A DNA stretch of 64,000 nt, taken from Octopus vulgaris (Eukaryota). The DNA is taken from the NCBI GenBank assembly GCA_951406725.2, contig OX597837.1, positions 27,032,001 through 27,096,000 of the forward strand, written 5' to 3'. Below, one piece after another: positions 40,684-53,495 of this stretch; position 1 is the stretch's first letter; every line of letters begins with the position of its first letter. The translations under genes were made by a program, and so were the position numbers. The notes below the pieces were generated by a model. It did not search any database. It worked only from the letters and a program-made list of their open reading frames with translations, and was not told where the DNA came from.

Positions 40684-41132
40684 CTGGCAAAATCGCTAGA
40701 ATGGTAAACAAAATTCTTAGCAGCATTTTGTGTGTCTTTACTTCTTGAGTTCAAATATTGCTGTGGTCAACTTTATTTTCCATTCTTTTGTTATTAAAGA
40801 CATAAGTACCAGTTGAACACCGAAGTTGATGTAATCTACTTACCTCTACCCCTCTAAATATTTTCAAGCCTTATGTCTGTAGTAGAAAGAATTACTTGTT
40901 GTTATTTGTTCCTTCTCGAGCCATGCTCGGCTCATAAGGGCTGGTTTCCTGGTTTCATTGGCGTAGGAGTGGCTGTGTGGTAAGTAGCTTGCTTATGAAC
41001 CACATGGTTCCGGGTTCAGTCCCACTGAGTGGCACCTTGGGCAAGTGCCTTCTACTATAGCCTCAGGCTGACCAAAGCCTTGTGAGTGGATTTGGTAGAC
41101 AGAAACTGAAAGAAGCCCAGTGTATATATGTA

Positions 41133-41340
41133 TATTCAGACAAATACATAACAAAAACACCAGGACTAACAAGTATATATAACATACAGAAAATAGCACT
41201 ACTAGGCACTGCACACATCCTACGTAAAACACTTTCAATACAGTAAAAATAAGAGCACCACAACAAACCACAGCACATACCCAAGGCACATAGAGCTGTG
41301 CTCGGTAGTGCAGTGAAAGCACTTGATAAAAATAAGACTA

Positions 41341-41343
<3 letters not shown>
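41133..41343 (+). mobile_element. R4/Dong-clade non-LTR retrotransposon 3' end with (AAT)n tail
   Basis: Translates YSDKYITKTPGLTSIYNIQKIALLGTAHILRKTLSIQ*, the QK..LLGTA.ILR C-terminus of R4/Dong/Rex6 ORFs. Confidence 0.85.
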
Positions 41344-41431
<88 letters not shown>

Positions 41432-41606
41432 GATAATAATAATAATAATAATAATAATGATAATAATAATGATAATAATAATAAAAACAATAATAATAAT
41501 AATGGTTCTTTTATTTGCCATCAGGGCAAAGGATGAAGGGAATAATATAATGACAGACATCAAGTGCGAGGGTTTACATATAATGAAATGAGAGAAAAAA
41601 TTTATA

Positions 41607-41992
41607 TAGGAGTGGCTGTGTGGTAAGTAGTTTGCTTACCAACCACATGGTTCCGGGTTCATTCCCACTGCGTGGCACCTTGGACAAGTGTCTTCTACTA
41701 TAGACTCGGGCCGACCAAAACTTTGTGAGTGGATTTGGAAGATGGAAACTGATAGAAGCTTGTCATATATATGTATATATATGTGTGTATGTGTTTGTGT
41801 GTCTGTTTGTCCCCCCAACATCATTTGACAACCGATGCTGGTGTGTTTACGTCCCCGTAACTTAGTTGTTTGGAAAAGAGACCGATAGAATAAGTACTAG
41901 GCTTACAAAGAATAAGTGCTGGGGTTGATTTGCTCGACTAAAGGTGGTGTTCCATCATGGCCACAGTCAAATGACTGAAACAAGTAAAAGAG
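41607..41992 (+). mobile_element. SINE family A (5' fragment also at 40959-41130)
   Basis: Matches other copies. Confidence 0.85.
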
Positions 41993-41999
41993 TATATAC

Positions 42000-42185
42000 A
42001 CAGTATACAATAATGTAGAGAAGGGAAGCATGCATAGTATATAACAGTAAAAGAGCCATAAAGGTATGTCAGGAGTCGCATTGGTGAATTTTGGGAAGAA
42101 TGGAATTTTTAAAGGATGCTGTGTCCTGATAGCTAACAACTGCTGTAGGTAGTTTATTCCATGCTTTGACAATTCTGAGTATGAA
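42000..42185 (-). mobile_element. CR1/L2-like LINE 3' fragment
   Basis: FILRIVKAWNKLPTAVVSYQDTASFK motif. Confidence 0.7.
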
Positions 42186-42455
42186 TCATCATCACACATT
42201 AGAATAGGAAATTTCTCTGCCCTACCAGTTCTACCTGTTCTACCGGTTTCAACTCTGAAAATGTTTATGGTTTCTGTCAACTTTCTCTTTTATGTTCTCC
42301 CTACCTTAATTGCTGGTAATGAGGTGACAGTCATCACTCCTTAGGGAGTGGATTGGGTTAAGCCATGGCTGCAGTCTAATGCCTGAAACAAGTTTAAAAA
42401 TAAAGGATGCATTGAATGGTATACTTAGGTATACTATGTCTAATGAAGAAAAAAG

Positions 42456-43345
42456 GTTGATTCTTCATTATCCACAATGGGACTAAACAAAAAAGGGGAC
42501 AGTACAGACATTACGAAGTGGGGTAATTTTTTTTCAACTGTTGATTCTTCATTATCCACAAAGGGACTAAACAAAAAAGGGGACAGTACAGACATTACGA
42601 AGTGGGGTAATTTTTTTTTCAATGGTTGATTCTTCATTATCCACAAAGGGACTAAACAAAAAAGGGGACAGTACAGACATTACGAAGTGGGGTAATTTTT
42701 TTTCAACTGTTGATTCTTCATTATCCACAAAGGGACTAAACAAAAAAGGGGACAGTACAGATATTACGAAGTGGGGTAATTTTTTTTTCAACTGTTGATT
42801 CTTCATTATCCACAAAGGGACTAAACAAAAAAGGGGACAGTACAGATATTACGAAGTGGAGTAAATTTTTTTTTAACTGTTGATTCTTCGTTATCCACAA
42901 AGGGACTAAACAAAAAAGGGGACAGTACAGGACATTACGAAGTGGGGTAATTTTTTTTTAAATGGTTGATTCTTCATTATCCACAAAGGGACTAAACATA
43001 AAAGGGGACAGTACAGGACATTACGAAGTGGGGTAATTTTGTTTTCAACGGTTGATTCTTCATTATCCACAAAGGGACTAAACAAAAAGGGGACAGTACA
43101 GGATATTACAAAGTGGGGTAAAATTTTTTTAACTGTTGATTCTTCATTATCCACAAAGGGACTAAACAAAAAGGGGACAGTACAGGATATTACAAAGTGG
43201 GGTAATTTTTTTTTAACTGTTGATTCTTCATTATCCACAAAGGGACTAAGCAAAAAAGGGGACAGTACAGACATTACGAAGTGGGGTAATTTTTTTTTCA
43301 ACGGTTGATTCTTCATTATCCACAAAGGGACTAAACAAAAAGGGG
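42456..43345. repeat. ~85-bp minisatellite, ~10.5 copies
   Basis: Unit GTTGATTCTTCATTATCCACAAAGGGACTAAACAAAAAAGGGGACAGTACAGACATTACGAAGTGGGGTAATTTTTTTCAACT. Confidence 0.97.
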
Positions 43346-43733
43346 TCTACTGGATCAGTATATTGATTTACAGCTGAAAGAACAACTAAAATATGTAACA
43401 TGTATCTTCATCATTTAACCTCTGTATTCCATGCTGGTATGGGTTAGACAGTTTACCATGATTCAACTGGTCAGAGGTCTGTGACAAGCTCAAATTTCTA
43501 TATTAGTAGGGTTTCTACAGCTGACTGCTCGACCACGTGTGTATCGTTGGCGATTTTTTTCCTCCGTCTTCCCTTCCTTGGATCTTTCCTTTTCCTATGT
43601 TTCTGACGAAGAGCTCCGCTCAAAACGTTAAATCCTCCTTCTTTCTTTCCTTTCCTGAGCATCCAATAACACTATACTTGTTCCACGTCCTCGTGTTGTT
43701 GTGTTTTCTCTTTGTGTTTTCATGTTTGGATTA

Positions 43734-43777
<44 letters not shown>

Positions 43778-44315
43778 TATATATATACATATATATATAT
43801 TTAGTAGAATAAGAATTAAAAGTTCCTTGGTACAGTATTATATATTTGAAAAAATGAATAGAAATGGATTTCCTGATAATTTTACAACTTTAATAATTAG
43901 ATGCTTATACTAATTATTAAAGTGGAAGAATTATCAGAAAAGCTATTTCTATTATATATGTATATATAATTTGAAAGAGAGATTAATACAGACAAACACA
44001 TATTTAAAGTTCACTAAGCAAGCTTTATGTATGCTACTCACCCCACCCTTCCCCTAGTCTTCATTAATTTACTGCCACTAATTATACCTCCAACTAATTA
44101 TATCTTCAAATTCTTCCCCATTTGCTCACACTTGTCTTTCTATTCCTGTCTTATGTACATCTACAACAGGGAGGTGGGGTTCTGTGTGACAGTTAGAGCA
44201 ACAGAAGACTGGGAAGATTGTGGAAGGTCCTTTCTCATCCCTACTTCTTATAAATAATTTTATTGCTATTTCTCTTTCCCCTACCATTTTCAGGTACCAT
44301 GACTATAAATGTGTG

Positions 44316-44363
<48 letters not shown>

Positions 44364-44939
44364 CGTGTGTGTTCATATGTATATGCACCTCTCACTAGGC
44401 AAACTATATAAAGACTAGATGTACCAACCATGGGTTCCCATTTAGGACCCAAGTTTGCAATATTCTGTCTGTCTGCAGTAGAAAACAAAATAATACCCAA
44501 ACACAAACTTATAATATACACCAGACATACACACACACACACACACACACACATGCTAAAAATAAAATGCATGTGTGTGTGTGTGTTTGTGTGTGTAGGC
44601 CCTTGTCCAGTCTACATCTGCAGCCTTTGATACCCATCTTTTCTATCACTCATCCCTACTTTCTTATCAGTCATCACTCCTCGAATTATTCTATTATTCT
44701 ACCAGTGTAACAGTATCCTAGCCATTCTCATTAACTCTCCAGTACCACTAGTTATCCCCCTCCTGCACCCCTGAGCCACTTACTATTGACACCCATCACT
44801 CACTCTCACTATGGTCTGTCATCATTCTTTTTACTCCAATCACTCTGTTTCTGCTATCATCATATTCTTGGGCCCTCTTGATTCTTCTGTCATCACACTC
44901 TCTTCTTGTGGCTGTTACCTTGAGTAAACAAACCAATGT

Positions 44940-45440
44940 GGATGTGCGTGGCTTAGTGGTTAGGGTGTTGAACTCATGATTGTAAGGTTGTGGTTTCGTT
45001 TCCTGGACCAGGCGATGCATTGTGTTCTTAAGCAAAACACTTCACTTCACGTTGCTCCAGTCCACTCAGCTGGCAAAAATGAGTAATCCTGCGACGGACC
45101 GGCGTCCCGTCCAGGTGGGGAATTTCTACACCACTGAAACCGGGAAACCGGCCCTTATGAGCCTGGCATAGCTCAAGAAGTAACATTTAGTGGAGGCACA
45201 TGGCTTAGTGGTTAGGGTGTCAACATCATGATCATAAGATTTTGGTTTCGATTCCTGGACCGGGCAGCACGTCGTGTTCTTGAGCAAAACACTTCATTTC
45301 ACATTGCTCCAGTTCACTCAGCTGGCAAAAATGAGTAACGCTGTGATGGACTGGTGTCCCATCCATCTGGGGAACACATATGCCATAGAAACTGGGAAAC
45401 TGGACCCATCAGCCTGGCTAGGCTTTAAAAGGGCACATTT
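44940..45440 (+). mobile_element. Two tandem tRNA-derived SINEs with CORE-like central domain
   Basis: TGGCTTAGTGGTTAGG and GGTTTCG heads; TGTTCTTGAGCAAAACACTTCA...CAGCTGGCAAAAATG resembles the CORE domain. Confidence 0.7.
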
Positions 45441-45694
45441 ATTATTATTTAAACAAACCAATTAGACTAGTAAAGGCCTAGCTGATTTAACCATATGCAG
45501 AATAAGCTCACTAGTGCCTGTTCCACTATGTAAAGTGATTGGCAAATGAATGGGGGCACCATAGTGTCAAGAAGATCCATTAGTTTTGTTGAGGACATGA
45601 CAACCTTGTCACCATTTGAATGGTGTTAACACAAAGACATGTGGGAAATGAACACTAATACATACATGTGGTCCAGCATATACATATATATATA

Positions 45695-46075
45695 CTCTTT
45701 ACTCTTTCTCTTCTACTCTTTTACTTGTTTCAATCATTTGACTGCAGCCATGCTGGAGCACCGCCTTTAGTCGAGCAAATCGACCCCAGGACTTATTCTT
45801 TGTAAGCCCAGTACTTATTCTATCGGTCTCTTTTGCCGAACCGCTAAGTGACGGAGATGTAAACACACCAGCATCGGTTGTCAAGCAATGCTAGGGGGAC
45901 AAACACACACACACACACATATATATATATACATATATACGACAGGCTTCTTTCAGTTTCCGTCTACCAAATCCACTCACAAGGCATTGGTCGGCCCGAG
46001 GCTATAGCAGAAGACACTTGCCCGGAACCATGTGGTTGGTTAGCAAGCTACTTACCACACAGCCACTCCTGCGCC
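45695..46075 (-). mobile_element. SINE family A
   Basis: Matches other copies. Confidence 0.88.
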
Positions 46076-46107
<32 letters not shown>

Positions 46108-46788
46108 TTATAATTTAGGGTATCTAAGAGATACCACCATGCTGGAAAACCACATTAAATGTTCATAGAGCACCAGGAGAGAAGAGAAAAGGACAAAATA
46201 AACTAGCAAAAAAAATTACTGGATTTCTGGCTCTGCATAAGAAATGCTTTGCCTCATCAGTTGAATATACACAGATAGCACATAAATACACATATATATA
46301 TACACATAACATACGGATACTTACATATACGAACATATACACACATATATATGCACGAATGCACATGACCAGTTTACATTGGCCACCTAAAACTCCTCGT
46401 GCGATACCAATAAAATGTAAAGATTAAGTAAATTGAATTTTTTTTTCCTTGTAAGTTTGGATTTTATTCCCTCAAATAATAATTATATCTATATATATGT
46501 GTGTGTGTGTATACATACATATATATATATATATATATGATATGATAAGCTTCCATAGTTTTTGTCTATCAGTTTCACTTACAAGGCATTGGTCAGCCCA
46601 AGGCTATAGTAAAATATTCTTATCTAAAGTGTCACACAGCCATGCCTGTGTGTGTAAAATAAATTTGGATTTTATGAAATTTTGGCATATTCTTTATGCT
46701 GCACTCAACACTAACTCCCGGTTATCTTTGTACTGAGACAGGCATTTAGGGTTGGGATTCTGTAAAATATAATCCATAGATACAGGAA

Positions 46789-47200
46789 GGCGCAGGAGTG
46801 GTTGTGTGGTAAGTAGCTTGTTTACCAACCACATGGTTTCAGGTTCAGTCCCACTGCATGGCACCTTGGGCAAGTGTCTTCTACTATAGCTTCGGGCCGA
46901 CCAATGCCTTGTGAGTGGATTTGGTAGACAGAAACTGAAAGAAGCCTGTCGTATATATGTATATATATATATATGTATGTGTGTGTGTTTGTGTGTCTGT
47001 GTTTGTTCCCCTAGCATTGCTTGACAACCGATGCTGGTGTGTTTACGTCCCCATCACTTAGCGGTTCAGCAAAAAGAGACCGATAGAATAAGTACTGGGC
47101 TTACAAAAAGAAGAAGATCCGGGATCGAGTTACTCGACTAAAGGCGGTGCTCCAGCATGGCCGCAGTCAAATGGCTGAAACAAGTAAAAGAGTAAAAGAG
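46789..47200 (+). mobile_element. SINE family A, full length
   Basis: Inverted partner of 45695-46075. Confidence 0.9.
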
Positions 47201-47640
47201 TATGTTGAAGGCAAATCTCAAAATGGTGAACCTTACAAAAGAGAAGACAAAGGTCTGATAAACATGGCACATTGTTGAACTCGAGAAGACTTGCCCACTA
47301 CAACAGAATTGAGATCCCAAAGCGAAGGTGCCATGTAAAAAGCATTGATATGGGTGCTAGTGCCAAGTAAAAAAAGCACCCAGTACACTCTGTGGAGTGG
47401 TTGGCATTAGGAAGGGCATCCAGCCATAGAAACCGAGCCAAAACAAACTATGGAATCTGACTGTGTCAGTTCCTGTCAAGCCATCCAACCCATGCCGGCA
47501 TGGAAAAATGGATGTTAAAGGATTATGATGAAGATGATGATGATGCTGGTGGTGTTATTTTTCAAAATGTTCAGATTTGCAGGAGAATGGACCAATATAA
47601 ATCTAATTTAGAAACAAGAAGATGGATGCTTTAATCATGT

Positions 47641-47938
47641 TTGTTCCTTCTTGCGCCATGCCTGGCTCATAGGGCCAGTTTTCTGGTTTCCTTGGCATAT
47701 AGGTTCCCCACTTGGACAGGACGCAAGTCTGTCGCCGGTGAGCTGCAAGATGCAGGAGGAAAGAGTGAGAGAAAATTGTGGTAAAAGAGTCAGCAGACGT
47801 TCGCCATTACCTTCTGCCAGATCCGCGTGGAGTTTAGGTGTTTCACTCATAAGCACATACACTACCTGGTCTGAGATTCGAATCCGTGATCCCTCAACCA
47901 CGAGTCCACTGCTCTAACCACTAGGCCATGTGCCTTCA
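47641..47938 (-). mobile_element. tRNA-derived SINE with family-E-like head and a different tail
   Basis: TSD CTTTAATCATGT on both sides; tail shared with 44940-45190. Confidence 0.8.
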
Positions 47939-48125
47939 CTTTAATCATGTAGGGACCTCAAACTAGGTGTAACTAAAACACAACCTAAAGATATGTTTTA
48001 GTTGTAGCAAAAACTGTTGTAACCTTTTGAAATGTGTACAAATATAACACAAAATAGAAATCAAATTAATGATGCTAATTACCAATATTTTATTAATGCT
48101 GATTAACAAAGATATTTAAGTAGGA

Positions 48126-48545
48126 GGCATAGGAGTGGCTGTGTGTTTAGTTGCTTGCTTACCAACCATGTGGCTCCGGGTTCAGTCCCACTGCATGGCA
48201 CGTTGGTCAACTGTCTTCTACTATAGCCTCGGGCCAACCAAAGCCTTGTGAGTGGATTTGGTAGATGGAAACTGAAAGAAGCCTGTCGTATATATGTATA
48301 TATATATATATGCATGTGTGTGTGTATATGTTTGTGTATCTGTTTGTCCCACCAACATCGCTTGACAACCGATGCTGGTGTGTTTATGTCCCCCATAACT
48401 TAGTGGTTCGGCAAAAGAGACCGGTAGAATAAGTACTAGGCTTACAAAGAATAAGTCCTGGGGTCCAATTGCTTGACTAAAGGCAGTGTTCCAGCATGGC
48501 CACAGTCACATGACTAAAACAAGTAAAAGAGTAAAGAGTAAAGTA
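48126..48545 (+). mobile_element. SINE family A, full length
   Basis: Matches other copies. Confidence 0.88.
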
Positions 48546-49260
48546 GCAGGAAGATAATTATCATTACTGCCTAAACAGTCTAGAAGCAGACTAATTAATA
48601 ATTTAGAAAAACTTCTAAATTTCACCTGACTTGAGAGAAAAAGCAGTTAATTCTTCCTCAAATCTCATACATTACCAGCTTAAAAAAAACAAAAAAACGT
48701 CAGATAATATAATCCACAGTCCCGTTTGATTGAATAGATGATGGGATGGTCACATTTGGAATACCTTTGATCATAGGTTAACTGGATAAGGAGAGACCTG
48801 GGGTTAAACAGCAACATAGTAAATATAAAATTTTGAATGAGTGCAAAGTAAAATCTAAATTCTACCCTGGGTGTTAAATAATGTTTCTATTAGTCCCCTA
48901 CTTGAAATCTAACAGACATGATTCAGGGGTGTCCATGTTAAATGTGTAGGTCCTACTTGGTGATTATCACCCTGGGGCTACAACAACAACAACAACAATA
49001 ATAACAACAACAACAACGGCAACAACAACCACCATTCTCTTAAGTTTCTCAAAAATAATCTATGAAACATCTTATTAACTGGAAATCAATATTTGATTAA
49101 CATAAACATAATAAATAACCTATAATTATTGAAACACGTTTTTTTTTTAACTTTTTATTTTTTGTCTCAAAACTTTGATTTGTATTTGTTGTTTGTTTTA
49201 TGAAAATTTGTTTGTTTGTGTTTTTTTTTTTTGCTTTTTTTTCGTTGTTTTGTTTTGCAG

Positions 49261-49343
49261 ATAGCACAGCTGGTACAGAGAATGATGAAAAATTGGGGAT
49301 ACCCCCAAATGCTGAAAGCTATATAATGACTGATACAGATATG
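49261..49343 (+). CDS. Internal coding exon of the same gene (xSTAGTENDEKLGIPPNAESYIMTDTDM)
   Basis: Long T tract and TTTGCAG acceptor, strong ATG|GTAAGT donor. 83 nt, phase 1 to phase 0, joins 54230 in frame. Confidence 0.85.
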
Positions 49344-49570
49344 GTAAGTCCAATTTCAAATGGAAATAAAGTGTGTGTGTGTGTGTCATAAGAAGCTTGC
49401 TTCCCAACCCCATGGCTCCAGGTTCAGTCCCACTTTACAGTATGTGCTCGGCACTTTTAATGTGGCACTGGCAAAGGGCTCTTGCAGGCCAATCCTCTCC
49501 CTCTGGGGGAGTGGTATTAATGCATATGCTGTGGAGGAAAGGTCTTCTTGAGTACAACAAGGTGCACATA

Positions 49571-51199
49571 CAGTTGCGGCCAAAATGTTCAGAACGGCAT
49601 TGTTTTCGTCAGAAAAGTAGGTATAAGTTTTTATTAAAGTTGTTTTATATTCTATAATTTTCACAGACAATAAATACGATATTAATTGGTATTGTCTGAG
49701 ATTTTGGTGTAATTTGAGTGGATAATACAAAAGTTATGGATGATATAGTGATTTACTGCAAAACCCATGGTGGCCAAAATGATCAGAACGGTTGAAAAAA
49801 TAACAAAATAATCAAAAAGTGACAGAGAATGCTGGAATTATTTCATATTTAGTGTGAAGCCCTTTAGCTTCAATCAAAGTTTGACATTTTTGACTGCATG
49901 AGGAAATTAAATTTTCAATTTCTTGCCGGGTGATCTTATTCCATTCTTCCTGAAGGGCATTCCATAATTGCTCGGTTGTTTTAGGATTTCTGGCTTTCAA
50001 ACGTTCTCCTAGAATATTCCACACATTTTCAATAGGATTGAGGTCTGGGCTTTGAGCAGGCCAATCCATAACAATAACCTTTTCAGCCTTGAGGAAGTTC
50101 ATGACCACCTTAGCCTTGTGACATGGGGCATTGTCCTGCATGAATATGGGTGGTCGCTTAGTTGAATTTCTCAGCACAGGCAAGACATGATCTTTTACAA
50201 GTTGTTTATAAACTCCTGCATTTACCTTTCCATGTAATCGCAGCAAAGGGCCCACAACATCTCCAGATATCATCCCCCAAACCATGACACTTCCTCCACC
50301 GAATTTAACACTAGTCTTAAGGCATTTAGGTGACAATTTTTCACCTGCTTTTCGACGAACGTACCTTTTCCCATCTGAGCCAAATAACATAGACTTAGAT
50401 TCATCACTGAAATGCACCGTTTGCCATTTTTCTTGAGACCACAACACATGTTCGGTTGCAAAGGTAAGACGACACTTTTTATTCTTGGAGCTGATCAGTG
50501 GCTTCACTGCAGGTGCTCTTGCTTGTAGGTCATGTTCAACTAAAGGACGAGACACAGTTTTTGAGATAAAGTTTTCTTCAGTACAATGCTCATTTCCCGA
50601 AAAACAGCAGCAGCAGTTTTAAATCTGTCCTTTTTAACCAACTTTACCATAGCACGATCTTCTCTCTTGGTCGTTTTTCTTGGCCTACCTGTAGACTTTC
50701 TTGTTTCACACAAACCACAATCATCGTAGACCTTAAGAATACCGTGAACAACACTTTTTGACTTGTTAACAATCTTTGCAATAGACCTAATACTTAAATT
50801 ATCCTTCTTTCGAAGCTTAATAATCTGCTGACGAATTGGTAACGGAGTAAGTGGCATTATATTAACAAAGTACACTGCAGATATTCTTACTAATGTTTAG
50901 TAAACGAACTGTCACGTAAACAAATTCAAAACATTAGAGTTCGATGGTTAAATATACTAAAACATGGAGTAAAAGCAACCGTTCTGATCATTTTGGCCGC
51001 CATGGGTTTTGCAGTAAATCACTATATCATCCATAACTTTTTTATTATCCTCTCAAATTACACCAAAATCTCAGACAATAACAAATAATATCGTATTTAT
51101 TGTCTGTGAAAATTATAGAATATAAAACAACTTTGATAAAAACTTATACCTACTTTTCTGACGAAAACAATGCCGTTCTGAACATTTTGGCCGCAACTG
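49571..51199 (-). mobile_element. Full-length Tc1-family DNA transposon of IR/DR type
   Basis: TA on both sides. ~224-bp TIRs (49571-49794 / 50976-51199, about 6 mismatches by eye), each with outer and inner direct repeat GGCCAAAATG(T/A)TCAGAACGG. Confidence 0.97.
49812..50857 (-). pseudogene. Tc1 transposase (DD34E) split by a single 1-nt frameshift near 50558-50562
   Basis: N-terminal HTH and GRPRK in ORF 50540-50875 (ATG at 50857). FSDES, KFGGGSVMVWG, QDNAPCH and SPDLNPIE (34 residues between D and E) in ORF 49812-50555. One extra A fuses them into ~348 aa. Confidence 0.95.
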
Positions 51200-51550
51200 T
51201 ATATAGATACACACACACACATATCATCATCATCATCATCATCATTAACATTCATCTTCCATGCTGGCATGGGCTAGGTGGTTAAATTGAGGCTTGTAAG
51301 CCAGAGAGCTGTACCAGAATCTATTGTCTGTTTTGGCATTGTTTCTATGGTTGGATGCCCTTCCTAATGTCAACCACTTCACAGAGTGTATTGGGTGCTT
51401 TTTATGTTGGCACTGGCATAAGTACCTTTAACATGTCATCAACACGGGATAATATACATACATACATATATATATAGATATATATACTATCTATTTTGTA
51501 TGACATCTAAACTAACTATGACTTAACTATCCTCTCACACCGTCTCCCAT

Positions 51551-51669
<119 letters not shown>

Positions 51670-51825
51670 AATTCCTTGGTTTTGTGTTTATGTTTTCGTT
51701 TCTCAATGTGTTCGACGTTTTTTGGGTGCCCTGTACCCATATATGCATGCATATATACATATAGAGGTAGGTATGTACATATATGTATGTATATATGAAT
51801 ATGTTGTATTTATTTATTAATTTAT

Positions 51826-51864
<39 letters not shown>

Positions 51865-52016
51865 CATATATATGACAAATTAAACTTAAATGTTGAAGTG
51901 AATCGAACGGCTTTTGTGTGTTTCTTAAATGGCTTACAAACACCTTCCACGCTGCAATTGTTTTCGTTTCAGCACACAATCTCAGATCAAATTACTTGCT
52001 ATGCGAGTACATCTCC

Positions 52017-52074
<58 letters not shown>

Positions 52075-52152
52075 AATATTAGGGAATAAATCCAAACTTA
52101 CAGGGAAAAATCAGATTTAGGATTGAACCCAATTTTATAGTAAAATATTATA

Positions 52153-52335
52153 TTATATTAAATTAGAGACAAAACCACTATTAGGCAAATCAAACAATGA
52201 AAGACTTAAGCCAATACATATGATTAATTTATATTATTTTAATATGTAACAAAATTATTAAAAAATATAATTAATCATATGTATTGGCTTAAGTCTTTCA
52301 TTGTTTGATTTGCCTAATAGTGGTTTTGTCTCTAA

Positions 52336-52399
<64 letters not shown>

Positions 52400-52514
52400 A
52401 GTAAGCAACAAGAATATCTTCGGTAATTTGGTACGATCGTTATTACATCAGTTTTAAAATGTTGAGCAATAAAATGATGTAGTGTGAAACGATCGTACCA
52501 AATTACTGAAGATA
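52153..52514. repeat. Two adjacent long hairpins in (TA)n (52153-52345 and 52396-52514), Penelope-like
   Basis: ~75-bp perfect arms and ~45-bp arms; the second contains GAAAC-GATC-GTA (hammerhead 3' half). Confidence 0.75.
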
Positions 52515-52630
52515 TTCTTGTTGCTTACTTTGATTATAATCACCCCATGTAGTTATATGGATAACACTGCACAAAATTCTGGTGCATCTGACTTAAGTAC
52601 CATATTCATTTGAATCTAAATTTTGCTGAA

Positions 52631-52694
<64 letters not shown>

Positions 52695-53046
52695 CAGTCA
52701 AATATATGGACCTAACCCATGTACATTACTCCCTTTTCTCCTTTTTTGTCTCTTTTCCTCTTCTATCCAGCAAGGACTCTTTGTCTGGCTTTTACCATTA
52801 TTGAATGTCAGTCAAATAATATTAACTATGAATGTTCCTTAGATTTTTGTTGTTTCTCGATATTTATATTTTGCTTTGCCCTCCCAACACACATTCACTC
52901 ACATATGGAAGTTTCACAGCAAATCCTCAAAGAACACACAACAAGGTATATCATTAAATGAATTGGAATAAAAAATATGGAATGTCATTCAAGAAACTGG
53001 ATGGCGATAATCCTTTTTTAACAGGTTGAAAGGAAAATAAATTTTC

Positions 53047-53495
53047 GGATCTTTTCGGTTTGAACGGCAGTTTTTTCTAGCAGTGTCATATGAAATTGTC
53101 ACCCATAATTATGACCCTAGTATCAATCTATTGCATTTCAATCTGTTTTAGGGTTAGGGTTAGTTACAGTTAGTTAGGGTTAGGATTAGGGTTAGGGGTG
53201 GGGGGAAGGGTATCTTTTTTTCTTCACAAATGTAAATAAACCCAATCTGTTTCTTGAATGAGGGACATATTCATACGGCACAGAATGTTTTTTACCTCAA
53301 TAGATGTCAGTGATTGGTTGAAATTGCAGAAATTGAAGAAAAAAAACAACAAATATCTTACGAACTATAACATTTTCTCAATAAAGCCAAGAGAAAAAGA
53401 TGTTTTATAAACACATTCTACCAGTATACAAAGTTTAAAATTTTTTAGTTACCTAGAAATTATGTTAAAAATTGCCGTTCAAACCGAAAAGATCC
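53047..53495. mobile_element. MITE with ~28-bp TIRs, 8-bp TSD and internal TTAGGG repeats
   Basis: GGATCTTTTCGGTTTGAACGGCA ... TGCCGTTCAAACCGAAAAGATCC; TSD AAATTTTC at 53039-53046 and 53496-53503. Confidence 0.92.

Noticed and set aside
42456-43345. Perfect DnaA box TTATCCACA in every repeat unit, suggesting a bacterial origin or iterons
   Set aside because: Eukaryotic intronic context with no bacterial genes; the 9-mer lies in a segment resembling a SINE tail and is multiplied only by tandem amplification.
50550-50570. Programmed -1 frameshift in the Tc1 transposase
   Set aside because: The in-frame context T CAA AAA is not a canonical X XXY YYZ slippery site and Tc1 transposases are normally single ORFs; a homopolymer deletion or sequencing error is simpler.
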